The position numbers and the translations under genes are program-made. Below, piece after piece: positions 44,570 through 54,879 of a DNA stretch of 64,000 nt. The first letter of the stretch is position 1; every line of letters starts with the position of its first letter. The notes under the pieces are model-generated. The model had not been told where the DNA came from and did no database searches. It saw nothing but the letters and a program-made list of their open reading frames with translations. The DNA comes from a virus: the IMG/VR virus record IMGVR_UViG_3300046820_002137, positions 1 through 64,000 of that record. One strand, 5' to 3'.

Positions 44570-47500
44570 TTAAGTAATTACTACTTGACAATAATTACAT
44601 CCACTAATTACCGCGTTCGCCAGTGTGTAATTTTCAACCGCCTTAGAACTGTAGCAATAGTTAGAGATATTTTTAACTATCGTGGTAGTAGTTTCTACAT
44701 TAATAGAATCACCTGAAATCATGTAGACAGTGTTCCAATTCTCAGTAGAAGCCGTAATGTATTTAGAATTACTTTGGCAGCCTGCGGCAAAATTAGTTCC
44801 AGTAGATGTACTTGAACCGCTTGAACTTATCGCTTGTGGAACGTTGTTCAATTTTAATATGGAGTTAGTTGTAAGTGTGGATGCGGTTTGAGATGGCGAT
44901 GTATCAAACGTATTGGTATGTAAAACATCAAATATAATAGTCGTACCTGTTGGTAAGGACGGTGTGACGTTTACTATTGTATTATATTGTTTTGTAAGTG
45001 TGGTTGTGGTATTCGAAACTATAGATTGACTAGTTGTTAAATATAAATTGTATACGGTTATGTTTTGAGCAGAGGTTAATGTAATTTTTTGTGTAGTTGT
45101 TGCACCACTTAAGTCTTTACCTATCACAATATAATCACCACCTTTTAGTCCGTTAAAAATTGGGTAACTCTTATAAGTTGTTCCATTGTCTATTGAATAC
45201 TGATATGGGGGAGTTCCTCCTGTTACATTAAACACGATGGAACCATTAGATTCTTGTGTTGGGTTATTTTGAGATATTTTCATTCCTAATGTTGGATTAT
45301 ATGTACATAATCCTTGTGAAATTGTAAGGTCATACGATGACCCTGATATTGTATAAATACCAAATGGACTAACCGGATTGTGAGTCGCCTCAGATAAGAA
45401 CCCTGTCGAACCCGTTACCCCACTAGTCTCCCATTTTGTGGTATCGGTGTTAAAATATAATACCCAATCATCCCCTGTCTCACCACATGGTAATTGACCA
45501 GTCCAACTTGCTTGACCATTTATTTCACCATTATAAGTTAATTCAAAAATGTCCTCTCCACATTCAGACGGATTATCGAATGATGCACAAACATCACCAC
45601 TATAACATAAACCTTCGAAAACTCTAGCCGTTATTGTTGAATAGGTTGACCCTATAACCCCCCAACCCGTTACTGGTGGCGACTTAGGACTATAGTTTAA
45701 TATTTTATATGATTCCCCATAAAATCCTTGGATAAACCAATAAGGTTGTTTACTATCATTAACCCAATAAATTGAATAATCGCCACTGTTATCAACCCAA
45801 CTTGGTTTACCATTAATTAATCTTTGGTTATCATTAAATTGATATTGATTTGGTGTTCCATCAATTGTTATTGTAACACATAATTTTGGTTCGGGTGATA
45901 ATGATGTTGGCGAAATGGATAAAGTTGATGTGAAATTTTGAGGTCCTGAAACAACACAGACTGTAACTGCCGTAAAATCATAGTAATAGTCAGTAGTTGT
46001 TGCGGTGTATTCTCCAGGTAATAATTGGTATAAATTTGGTCCACTTTGCCCATTACTCCATGTTGTAAGATATGGTGGGGTTCCTCCAGTTATTGTTAAT
46101 GTTGCAGTTCCATCACCAACTACAGATTGTGAAGAAGTTGTAGAACATATCACCCCCATGGGATATAAAACAATCGGAGCACATTCATTACCTAATAAGT
46201 AATAAGTACCACATTGATTAGTTCCACTTACAGATGGATATAATGTTGTAGGGTCAGGGTCAGGTGGGTCACAACCTTGTAAAACGCTAGTAACTGTAGT
46301 TGCCGTACACGCGGAACAATTAATAAAATAATTAGACTGAAATAGATTAACACTAGCATCATAAATGATTGATGATGGAGGTATAGCGGTTCCATATACC
46401 TCGCAGCACCCTGTAAAATGACGCATTTCTAAATAATACGACTCACCAGGTATTGGTATTTTATTTTGTAAGGATTGAGCTACAGGTTGAACTCCAGAAC
46501 TTAATGTAAAATTATTTGTTGGGAAATTTTGTACCCCGAAAAATGAACTTGGGTTTCCCGAATCATCATCACAAATTTTAAAATAAACAGGAGGGTTTGA
46601 ACCATAGGAAGTACTAAACCAATCACTAGCACTTATACAAGTAGTTGGAGTTGAGTCCTGCCATTCATAAACAGTACCAACCGGATAAGTTGAATTTATA
46701 TTTAATATACTTAATAAGGTATTAGTTGACACTTCCCTACATTCCCACCAAAATTCAATATCATTCCAAAATATAATACCGTTTATATTATTATTACCGT
46801 TTTTTAATGTAAATTCAAAGGCATTTCTACCTCCAATTATACCCGCATCTGAAGCGTTAACAATTCCACATTGTGAATACACAACTAATAATGTATTAGA
46901 CGCAGGTGGTGTTGGTCCACCTCCAGTTGGAGTTGGGGTCTGTGGTGGTGTTGGTGTTATTGGAGGTGTTGACCCTCCTCCTCCCCCTGTTGGTGGTGTT
47001 ATTGTTGGAGTTGGTGTTGGGGTACCACCTGGTGGTACCGCCCCCATTGAATTTAATAGGGGTTCTCTAGCTCCTCCAGGTGCGAAAAGAGCTAAAGACC
47101 TTGATACTTGCCCCGGTGAAAACATAAACATACAAGCACTACGTGTATAGTCCATGTAATTCATCGTCATTTCAATTGGATTACCAGGGCAACTAGAATA
47201 GTGAGGATAAGCTGGGCATCCTGAGTTTGGTCCATCGTGTTCTGGTGTATCACTAACCCCATCACTAGCTCCACACCCACTACCTCCCCATATATGTTTT
47301 AAATTTAACCAGTGTCCTATTTCATGTACAGCAATCCTACCAATGCCGTATATAGAGTTAGACGGGTTTGGATTCGATATACTACCAACTGAAAAATATG
47401 ATATAACTATACCGTCACGTTCAGGTGACCCTCCCGGATAAGGGGCGTAACCACCTAAACCAGGTTCTAAAGCACACACCCAAATATTTAAATAACTGTC

Positions 47501-47965
47501 TCTATCCCAAGCATCAAATCCACCATCTGAAAAAAATCTAGGGTCATTTGGACCGTCAAAATAATCCAAATTAGTAGTTCTTCTCTGTATACCAGTTGTA
47601 GGGTCACCATTTGGGGCTCTTGACGCAATAGTAAATTGTATACCCATGTTACCCGCCGGTTGGAATATTGGTGGTACGTCAACTATATCAGGGTTTGTTG
47701 CACTAAAATCTAAATTTAATTGGTCTATTTGTGCTTGTAATAAATCATAGGAAACATTTTGTTCCGTTGTTTTATATATAACATGGAAAACTACAGGTAT
47801 TGTAATTATCTGAGTTGAAGTGTAGGAAGGATTAATTGCTAAAAATGCCGTTGTGAAATTTTCAACCGCTGTTTTTCCAGACGCGTAACTAGGGTCAACT
47901 AAGTTTAAATAATCCTCTTGAGCGTCTAATCCACAAGGTAAAGATATTTCAGTAAAACTACTCAT
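44570..47965 (-). CDS. M43 (pappalysin/ulilysin-type) zinc metalloprotease fused to a SprB-repeat structural protein
   Basis: IPVVFHVI, QIDQLNLDF, YLNIWV, HEIGHWLNLKH, DTP, NYMDYT Met-turn; GGTPPY..WSNG repeats. Confidence 0.88.
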   Translation of the reverse strand: MSSFTEISLPCGLDAQEDYLNLVDPSYASGKTAVENFTTAFLAINPSYTSTQIITIPVVFHVIYKTTEQNVSYDLLQAQIDQLNLDFSATNPDIVDVPPIFQPAGNMGIQFTIASRAPNGDPTTGIQRRTTNLDYFDGPNDPRFFSDGGFDAWDRDSYLNIWVCALEPGLGGYAPYPGGSPERDGIVISYFSVGSISNPNPSNSIYGIGRIAVHEIGHWLNLKHIWGGSGCGASDGVSDTPEHDGPNSGCPAYPHYSSCPGNPIEMTMNYMDYTRSACMFMFSPGQVSRSLALFAPGGAREPLLNSMGAVPPGGTPTPTPTITPPTGGGGGSTPPITPTPPQTPTPTGGGPTPPASNTLLVVYSQCGIVNASDAGIIGGRNAFEFTLKNGNNNINGIIFWNDIEFWWECREVSTNTLLSILNINSTYPVGTVYEWQDSTPTTCISASDWFSTSYGSNPPVYFKICDDDSGNPSSFFGVQNFPTNNFTLSSGVQPVAQSLQNKIPIPGESYYLEMRHFTGCCEVYGTAIPPSSIIYDASVNLFQSNYFINCSACTATTVTSVLQGCDPPDPDPTTLYPSVSGTNQCGTYYLLGNECAPIVLYPMGVICSTTSSQSVVGDGTATLTITGGTPPYLTTWSNGQSGPNLYQLLPGEYTATTTDYYYDFTAVTVCVVSGPQNFTSTLSISPTSLSPEPKLCVTITIDGTPNQYQFNDNQRLINGKPSWVDNSGDYSIYWVNDSKQPYWFIQGFYGESYKILNYSPKSPPVTGWGVIGSTYSTITARVFEGLCYSGDVCASFDNPSECGEDIFELTYNGEINGQASWTGQLPCGETGDDWVLYFNTDTTKWETSGVTGSTGFLSEATHNPVSPFGIYTISGSSYDLTISQGLCTYNPTLGMKISQNNPTQESNGSIVFNVTGGTPPYQYSIDNGTTYKSYPIFNGLKGGDYIVIGKDLSGATTTQKITLTSAQNITVYNLYLTTSQSIVSNTTTTLTKQYNTIVNVTPSLPTGTTIIFDVLHTNTFDTSPSQTASTLTTNSILKLNNVPQAISSSGSSTSTGTNFAAGCQSNSKYITASTENWNTVYMISGDSINVETTTTIVKNISNYCYSSKAVENYTLANAVISGCNYCQVVIT

Positions 47966-48055
47966 TTAAATAAAATTACAATTTTCCATTTTTATAAAAC
48001 TTGAACTATAATTAATAATTATCAAAATATTCAAAACAACTACAAAAAAACTATT

Positions 48056-50905
48056 TTATGGTATTAATTCCTCCGTTAAACATTCGTAATATTGATTACC
48101 AACCAATAAATTAGTAGGTGTTGGTGGTGATGGCATAACATATTCAAAAGTTACCGTATAAGGACTTGATGTATCTACAGAATAAACTCTTAAATCATCC
48201 TGATTCATAACGTATAATGTAGTTGCAATTTGGAATACACTATATGAAGAACCTGGTGGTAATAATGCTTGAGCTTCTAAATAACCAGTACTAGTATATT
48301 GACTTAAGAAATTATTATTATCAACGTCTAATGTTGTAATAAATATTTTACCAGTATTTGTGAAACTAATTGAATTTTTAATTTCAGTAAATGGAATTAG
48401 TGACAAATTGAATTTAGGAGTAACATTTCCATTACTTAGGTCAACTTGCATTAAATCATAGGACCCACTAACGTTACATAATAATGTATTACTATCGAAA
48501 TATGATAATCCATAAGTCAGTGTTTGTGATAAAATAATTTCTCTATTATATGTCAAATCAATAGGACACAAATTATTTATATCATATTCAAAAATACTAC
48601 CCCCACCGCCATCTAATACCCACAATTTATTTTCACTTCTTGTTATACCTAATGATGTAGTATATTGAGTTGTGGTTGGTAATATCTCATATAGATTAGT
48701 ACTAGGATTAAAATCATATACGTCATTATCTGAAGCGAATAAAACATCACAAACTTTAACACAAGCGACGTTACAAGTTTCACAGGAGATATCATATAAA
48801 ATTTTAACCGCAACGTTTACAACTAAGTCTGATAAATTATTTTGATTAATACCACAACCAGCAATAATTGTAATAGTACCATTTGGGTAATTAAATATTA
48901 TCTCATCTATACCTGTTATCTGTAATATAAGTTGTCTAATAGTTTCAAAAAAGACATTGTCCGTTGGATAATCTCCTAACCCATAACCATAATAAAATAT
49001 TTCACTCAATACCGCAGCCCCAATGGTTACTTCCGCAGTCCATGTTGTTTGGTTTAAAATACAATTAGTATCCCCCGCAGTTAAATCAAAATAACCCTCA
49101 GACAACATTTCTTTAAGTCCTTTTTTAACTATAATACCGTTGTCTTGGATATCACCATTACAAACATTATAAGTTTGCTGGGAACTAAACACTAAAGGTC
49201 CTACTAATGTTATATCTTTAGTTAAAGTACACCCATTACTATCATTAATGGTTAATGTGTAAGTTCCTGGTGATAAATTTATTACTGTCAATCCGGTTTG
49301 ACCATTAACGTTATTACTCCAAGTTAATGTAAATGGTGGTTCACCTTGTGTAATGAAAGTCGTAATACTACCATTGACTCCATTAGTTGGATTTATACCT
49401 TGTAAACTAAAGTCCACAGGTGGTATGGTGTCGATAATAAATGTTTCTTGTATTTGACAACCTGTGTCGTCAGTAACACTAATAAAATAACCCCCAACGG
49501 TTAACCCATTAAAAGTGTAATTAGTGTTTGAGGTCGTAACCGGTGGTAACCCGTTTACCTCGTAAGTGTATGTGGAACTTGTTCCAAAAACTTCTACATA
49601 TAACGAACCTACAGAAGTTAAACAATCGGCATCGGTAGTCGTAATCTGTATTGAAAAATTATCAATAGTGTTAATCGTAACGCTTTGGTAAAATGTACAT
49701 GGTCCATTATCACTTATATTTAAATCATAGATACCACCCTGTAAATTAGAAAATGTTATTGTAGGCACATTACTTGTTAGTGTTTGTAAAAATCCGCTAG
49801 TATTAGACAATACAAATGTGTAAATAGGGGTACCTCCAATTAGATTAACCGTTATAGTTCCTTGTCCATTGTCACACACACTGTCTGTGGTAATTATAGA
49901 TTGTAACGAAAAACCTCCAGCTGTTAGTAATGAGGTTTGGATTACGGTAGTACAAAGTCCAGCATCAGTTACTGTCACTGTGTACGGACCTGATGGTAAA
50001 TCTATAAAGGTATACGAATTAGAAAAACTAATGTCTTCAAATCCATTCGATAGTTGGTACCTAAATGGTGCCGTTCCACCACTTAGATATAATGTAAATG
50101 ACCCATCTGCAGCATAACATGAAGGTGGATTAAGAGTTAATGCAACTTGTCCTAACGATTCTACCAAATTTACATCAACTGATTTATTAACAACACACCC
50201 ATTAGAATCCGTAACTGTCACGTTGTATGAACCGTATGTCAATCCTGATATTGATGATGTTGTTTCTCCATTTGACCATAGATAAGTGTATGGAGCACTA
50301 CCGGTTAAACCTGTTACGAATAATTTACCTGAATTAGCAAAACATGCAGAATCATTTACAATGTAAAATCCATAATCAAATGAAGTTGATGATAATATTA
50401 TACAAGTTTCTGATTTTCCTGTACATCCCCCTCCATCATCCGCTATCACATACCATATTCCAGCAGGAACTGTGGTGGTGTAGAAATTATTTAAAGATGT
50501 ACCAGAATTGTAAAATCCATTTGTAGTTTCATAAACATAGTATGTCGATTCCCCATAAGAATTTGAGGTTTGAGCAGTTAAGCTACCACTATTTACACCA
50601 CATGTAGTATCAATATGGTCAGTTATAGAAACACACGCACCGCTTGAAATAAAAAAACTAACTAAAACGGGGTCAGGATTTGATATACAACTATCATATA
50701 ATTGAAAGGTATATGTTCCAGCGCTTAAATTGTATTCAGTGTATGTTGTAACTCCCGGCCCTAAAAAAACTAAATCAGTTCTTGGGTAAACCCATTGTAC
50801 TGAATAGTCAGGAGCACTACCAAAGATTTCCAAATTAAATATTCCAGAGTCAGTTATCGAGCAGTCACCAGTTAATGTTAAAAGGGTTTGTAGATTACAC
50901 GCCAT
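48056..50905 (-). CDS. SprB-repeat (Ig-like) protein with C-terminal propeller-like domain
   Basis: Repeated C..GS....GG..PY.Y.WSNG....L..G.Y...VTD..GC units; likely start MACNLQ. Confidence 0.8.
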   Translation of the reverse strand: MACNLQTLLTLTGDCSITDSGIFNLEIFGSAPDYSVQWVYPRTDLVFLGPGVTTYTEYNLSAGTYTFQLYDSCISNPDPVLVSFFISSGACVSITDHIDTTCGVNSGSLTAQTSNSYGESTYYVYETTNGFYNSGTSLNNFYTTTVPAGIWYVIADDGGGCTGKSETCIILSSTSFDYGFYIVNDSACFANSGKLFVTGLTGSAPYTYLWSNGETTSSISGLTYGSYNVTVTDSNGCVVNKSVDVNLVESLGQVALTLNPPSCYAADGSFTLYLSGGTAPFRYQLSNGFEDISFSNSYTFIDLPSGPYTVTVTDAGLCTTVIQTSLLTAGGFSLQSIITTDSVCDNGQGTITVNLIGGTPIYTFVLSNTSGFLQTLTSNVPTITFSNLQGGIYDLNISDNGPCTFYQSVTINTIDNFSIQITTTDADCLTSVGSLYVEVFGTSSTYTYEVNGLPPVTTSNTNYTFNGLTVGGYFISVTDDTGCQIQETFIIDTIPPVDFSLQGINPTNGVNGSITTFITQGEPPFTLTWSNNVNGQTGLTVINLSPGTYTLTINDSNGCTLTKDITLVGPLVFSSQQTYNVCNGDIQDNGIIVKKGLKEMLSEGYFDLTAGDTNCILNQTTWTAEVTIGAAVLSEIFYYGYGLGDYPTDNVFFETIRQLILQITGIDEIIFNYPNGTITIIAGCGINQNNLSDLVVNVAVKILYDISCETCNVACVKVCDVLFASDNDVYDFNPSTNLYEILPTTTQYTTSLGITRSENKLWVLDGGGGSIFEYDINNLCPIDLTYNREIILSQTLTYGLSYFDSNTLLCNVSGSYDLMQVDLSNGNVTPKFNLSLIPFTEIKNSISFTNTGKIFITTLDVDNNNFLSQYTSTGYLEAQALLPPGSSYSVFQIATTLYVMNQDDLRVYSVDTSSPYTVTFEYVMPSPPTPTNLLVGNQYYECLTEELIP

Positions 50906-53900
50906 TAATAACACAAAATATTAAAGTTTATACCGACATCTATTTTGATGTTAACACCAACTTTGTCAGTAGAACAACTCATGTCATAAATAATGACATC
51001 ATCGTTAGTTCCAAAATAATAACCATATCCTAAAGAATCTAAATTATTTAATGCAATATTAAGTGCGAAGTCCCACTCTCCAGTTGACGGTGAACTGAGT
51101 GGCCCTGTGTAACCAACACCATTATACGCCGGGTAAGAGACTACTTGTGCATTGTCTATTTGTATGATAACAAACCATTCGGAAGTTAGTGTGTTTAATT
51201 CACAACTATTTAACGAATAACCTATAGAGTTCAAGTACGAATTTAAGACCGAACCTAAAATTCCATCAAAGTCGGGTACTTGTGGATTATTACTAAATGG
51301 ATATCTTTGGCAGGTTACTGACGTGACAGCACATCCAACATCATAAATGTCAGTAGTCACAATACAAGGTCTGCAAGGTACAGGTACTAATTGACAACCA
51401 GCTTGTCTTCTCCATACAAATTTTTGTCTGTGAAATATAGAATTTTCATATCTAACACCTGTGTTCCATATTGTTGTTGCGGGTATCATTTGTTCAACCA
51501 GTCTAATCCAATAATCTCCAAGTCCATTAACATATTCCATCATATTTTGATACTTGAAGTTATTATTTTCTAATCCGGCTAGTTTTTGAGATTCTATATA
51601 TTTCCAATAAATCGACTGTAATGTCGGATATGCACTTGTTTTACCGTCGGTTTGGTATTGTCTATTTCTAACATTAATCATGTTTTTCCAAAAAGTTTGG
51701 GCAAACTCGAAAAATGTTTTTCTTTTTGGTTGTGGGTTAATTTGAGTCCAATCAACTCCCCCACGATATGGGTATTCTATTCTTGGGTTTGGATTACATC
51801 TAGTTGGTCTTGGTTCAAATAAACCTCTATTAGGTATTGGATAATTATATTGGGTTGACATATACCATACATCATACACAATTCCTTGTGCTGGATTTAG
51901 AAATAAATCAACATTTTTAGCATTTAATACTAATCTATCATCTTGTGTAGTATATCTCGCGTTAAAAGAACTATCTCTATTAATTCTTAAACCTATTTCA
52001 TTATCAACCCAGCTTTTATTGTTATCAACAACTGGTGATAAATTAAAACCTAAATTCATATATGGGAAATCCCTGAATCTATTCAAATATATTTGTCCAT
52101 ACGTGAATGGTGCCAACTCTGTTTGATAATTAGGATTAGACCCTGTAAAAACACTATTAGTTAAATCAAAAATTTCAGGCGACCTATGTGAAGGGGTTGA
52201 TTCAAACCAACCAGCACCCATTTGGAAATAATAGTCCTCGGTACTATCGGGAGCTAACGGAAACCCTTCATCATCTACAGGGTAATTATCTCTTACCAAA
52301 TCAACATCTTGTATTGATAATGCGGTAGTAAACCCTGTATATTTTACTCCGAATATTGAGAAGACATTTGTAGGGTCTAATTGTGGAGCTTCGGTAACAT
52401 ATGTTCCTCCTGATATCTGAGCGTAATACGTATTAAATTGTGATATGTTTATTTTTTGGTCAACCAAATAAATAAACTCATTAAACTCCACCAAAGCATC
52501 GGGAGCACCAATAAGTCTCATTAATATCTCAATTGACTTTCTTGTTCCCTTAGATTTAAACAAATAAGCAGAATTTAAAATTAAATTTCTATAATATTGA
52601 TAATTTAATTCATCTGGTGTTTTTTCAACACCTACACCTGAAAAAGAAGACTCGTTACTATTTTTTTCTCCAAAAACCGAACCTAAAAAGTCCTCATTAC
52701 TTATTGGTGATATGTTGGTTGTCCAACCTAATGTTTGAGCTAAATTTTTTAAAAGTTTTGATGGGATATCGTCTCCAACATTATAATTAACAGAATTCAT
52801 AAAGGCAAGAGCGTTTATGAATTTATTAACTTCATCAAAACTTCTACCATAAATCTGAAGAACTTTCTCCATTTTTTGACCTATGGTATCGAAATCTTTA
52901 TAAGAACCAGTAGTTAAGAATCTTGAAATTAAATTAGTCCTAAATGAATCAAAATATTCACTTATTTGGTTTAACTTTATTAAATATTGTTCGAATCCAT
53001 TTGACATAATATCAATGTTCCAAACACCATTCATTGGCCACGTTACACTCTCGGTAGAAATATAAAAACTTCCATCATCCGCCTCTTTAGGTACTCTAAA
53101 ATTAGAAGTATATATAGGGGTTCCATTTCTGTTAAGTAAAAAGTTTTCAACCTCGTCCAAATCATCACTATAAACTTTATTAACCTCCATATCATTTGGA
53201 CGTATAATTAAAGTGTCATAAGTTGTGGATGAACCTGAAAATGGATTACCGTTAACTGTTATAGTTAAAGTTCCTGTTGTTAAAGAATTAGTTGGTATTA
53301 TTTTTTTTAAAGAATAACCCGTTCCATTGTAGTACAAAGAATACTTCGAATATTCCGTTGTCATATTTCTTAACTCAGAAACCTCAATTTCTCTTAATTC
53401 AAGATTTCTAGTAGATGCCGTTGTAAAATCAATTCCAAATGGATTTCTGATTCTACTTATTGTTAAATTAAAAGTTGTTAAATCTTGAACAACGTCATAA
53501 ATAATATTTTGGGCCGTTGGACCATCTTTATAATTTAAACCAATTCTATTAGATTCAATACCCGCAGGGAAATAACTAATTATTTTGGTTACCGATGATG
53601 ATATCCTTTTCGCCATCGAACCAAACTGAACAAAATTAGTTACTTCAGATAAATCAAAATTAGGATATACTTTAAAATTATTTTCAAAAATAATTTTGGA
53701 TTGTTCTATCGAATAAACACCTAGATTCTCTAAATTAATTGGTTCTGAAAATACTCCAGTATAAAAAGTTCTATCAGATTTTTCAGTGATAGAGCTTGTA
53801 AAATTAAAATTCCCTTGCGTAAGTCCTCCCCCTTGGACTAGTTGAAATCCAACTAAATCATCCGAAAACGTTCCCGCTCCTGATGCCGGTGTAGGTGGGC

Positions 53901-53925
53901 AAATGAATTTTTTTTGTGTCGCCAT
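50905..53925 (-). CDS. Putative baseplate wedge/tail protein
   Basis: LLKNLAQTLGW...YYRNLILNSAYLFKSKGTRKSIE motif resembling P2 gpI / T4 gp7-like domains. Confidence 0.65.
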   Translation of the reverse strand: MATQKKFICPPTPASGAGTFSDDLVGFQLVQGGGLTQGNFNFTSSITEKSDRTFYTGVFSEPINLENLGVYSIEQSKIIFENNFKVYPNFDLSEVTNFVQFGSMAKRISSSVTKIISYFPAGIESNRIGLNYKDGPTAQNIIYDVVQDLTTFNLTISRIRNPFGIDFTTASTRNLELREIEVSELRNMTTEYSKYSLYYNGTGYSLKKIIPTNSLTTGTLTITVNGNPFSGSSTTYDTLIIRPNDMEVNKVYSDDLDEVENFLLNRNGTPIYTSNFRVPKEADDGSFYISTESVTWPMNGVWNIDIMSNGFEQYLIKLNQISEYFDSFRTNLISRFLTTGSYKDFDTIGQKMEKVLQIYGRSFDEVNKFINALAFMNSVNYNVGDDIPSKLLKNLAQTLGWTTNISPISNEDFLGSVFGEKNSNESSFSGVGVEKTPDELNYQYYRNLILNSAYLFKSKGTRKSIEILMRLIGAPDALVEFNEFIYLVDQKINISQFNTYYAQISGGTYVTEAPQLDPTNVFSIFGVKYTGFTTALSIQDVDLVRDNYPVDDEGFPLAPDSTEDYYFQMGAGWFESTPSHRSPEIFDLTNSVFTGSNPNYQTELAPFTYGQIYLNRFRDFPYMNLGFNLSPVVDNNKSWVDNEIGLRINRDSSFNARYTTQDDRLVLNAKNVDLFLNPAQGIVYDVWYMSTQYNYPIPNRGLFEPRPTRCNPNPRIEYPYRGGVDWTQINPQPKRKTFFEFAQTFWKNMINVRNRQYQTDGKTSAYPTLQSIYWKYIESQKLAGLENNNFKYQNMMEYVNGLGDYWIRLVEQMIPATTIWNTGVRYENSIFHRQKFVWRRQAGCQLVPVPCRPCIVTTDIYDVGCAVTSVTCQRYPFSNNPQVPDFDGILGSVLNSYLNSIGYSLNSCELNTLTSEWFVIIQIDNAQVVSYPAYNGVGYTGPLSSPSTGEWDFALNIALNNLDSLGYGYYFGTNDDVIIYDMSCSTDKVGVNIKIDVGINFNILCY

Positions 53926-54833
53926 TAAGATGTTATATTAGTGAAGTTTTTACTGAAATCGATATTATTACCTCTATCTTGTCTAACTTCAAATAATAAG
54001 TTATTAAATTGGTCTCTAATTTCGTATAAGTTATATTGTTTGTAAATGTTATTTTGAGTATCGTACATTGTGTAAATACCGTCATCAATAGCCTTGGTTT
54101 GATTACCGAACAGAGCGATTGCCATTGTTGAGAAATCGTGCTCAGCCATTTCAATGTCCAATGTTATTGGATTAAAAAACGTATTTGTAATTATTATATT
54201 TTGATTAGGTTGTCCAATATATGGAACCGCATTTGGTTTGTTTGAAGGTGATGATGATGGTGATAATGTACAGAAAACAATATTGGTATTATTATCAGTA
54301 TAACGATATCTTATGGCCTTTGCCGAAGTATTTGTTAAGTTTTGTACGACAGGTTCACAAAAGAAACTAGAGGTAATTATTCTAAAAAAATTAGGTATTT
54401 TACTACCGTCAGAATTTAAATATTCAACTCTAAATCCTACAAGTCCTTGTGTTACAAATTTGTTTCGATACTCAGAAGGAACCGAGTTTAAATCAATGAC
54501 TATCCCTCTAACATTAGGTAAGGACGATAAAACACCACAATCTAATATTGTAGTTCTAATCTGTGCAGGTCTAATATATAGTGTATAGATACCGATTCTA
54601 TTAAAGGTATCTACAGGTAATTTTAAATTATATAAACCACCTAAAATTTCAACATCTGCATTACCACCGGTATTTGCGTTATTGAAATAAGGTCTAAGTA
54701 AAGCCGCCGCATCTAACTTTGTCAATAAAAAATTACTAGTATCATCTCTAGATGGTGTATAATTTAATATGATTTCTACGTCCTCTGGTGAAACATCCGC
54801 CGGTCTTATTGTTCCATATGTACCTGTTGCCAT
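53925..54833 (-). CDS. Putative structural protein
   Basis: 302 aa beta-rich; in structural operon; TATTTAT upstream. Confidence 0.6.
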   Translation of the reverse strand: MATGTYGTIRPADVSPEDVEIILNYTPSRDDTSNFLLTKLDAAALLRPYFNNANTGGNADVEILGGLYNLKLPVDTFNRIGIYTLYIRPAQIRTTILDCGVLSSLPNVRGIVIDLNSVPSEYRNKFVTQGLVGFRVEYLNSDGSKIPNFFRIITSSFFCEPVVQNLTNTSAKAIRYRYTDNNTNIVFCTLSPSSSPSNKPNAVPYIGQPNQNIIITNTFFNPITLDIEMAEHDFSTMAIALFGNQTKAIDDGIYTMYDTQNNIYKQYNLYEIRDQFNNLLFEVRQDRGNNIDFSKNFTNITS

Positions 54834-54879
54834 TGTTTAAAAATAATTTGATTTTATTATAAATACCTTTTATTGTATT

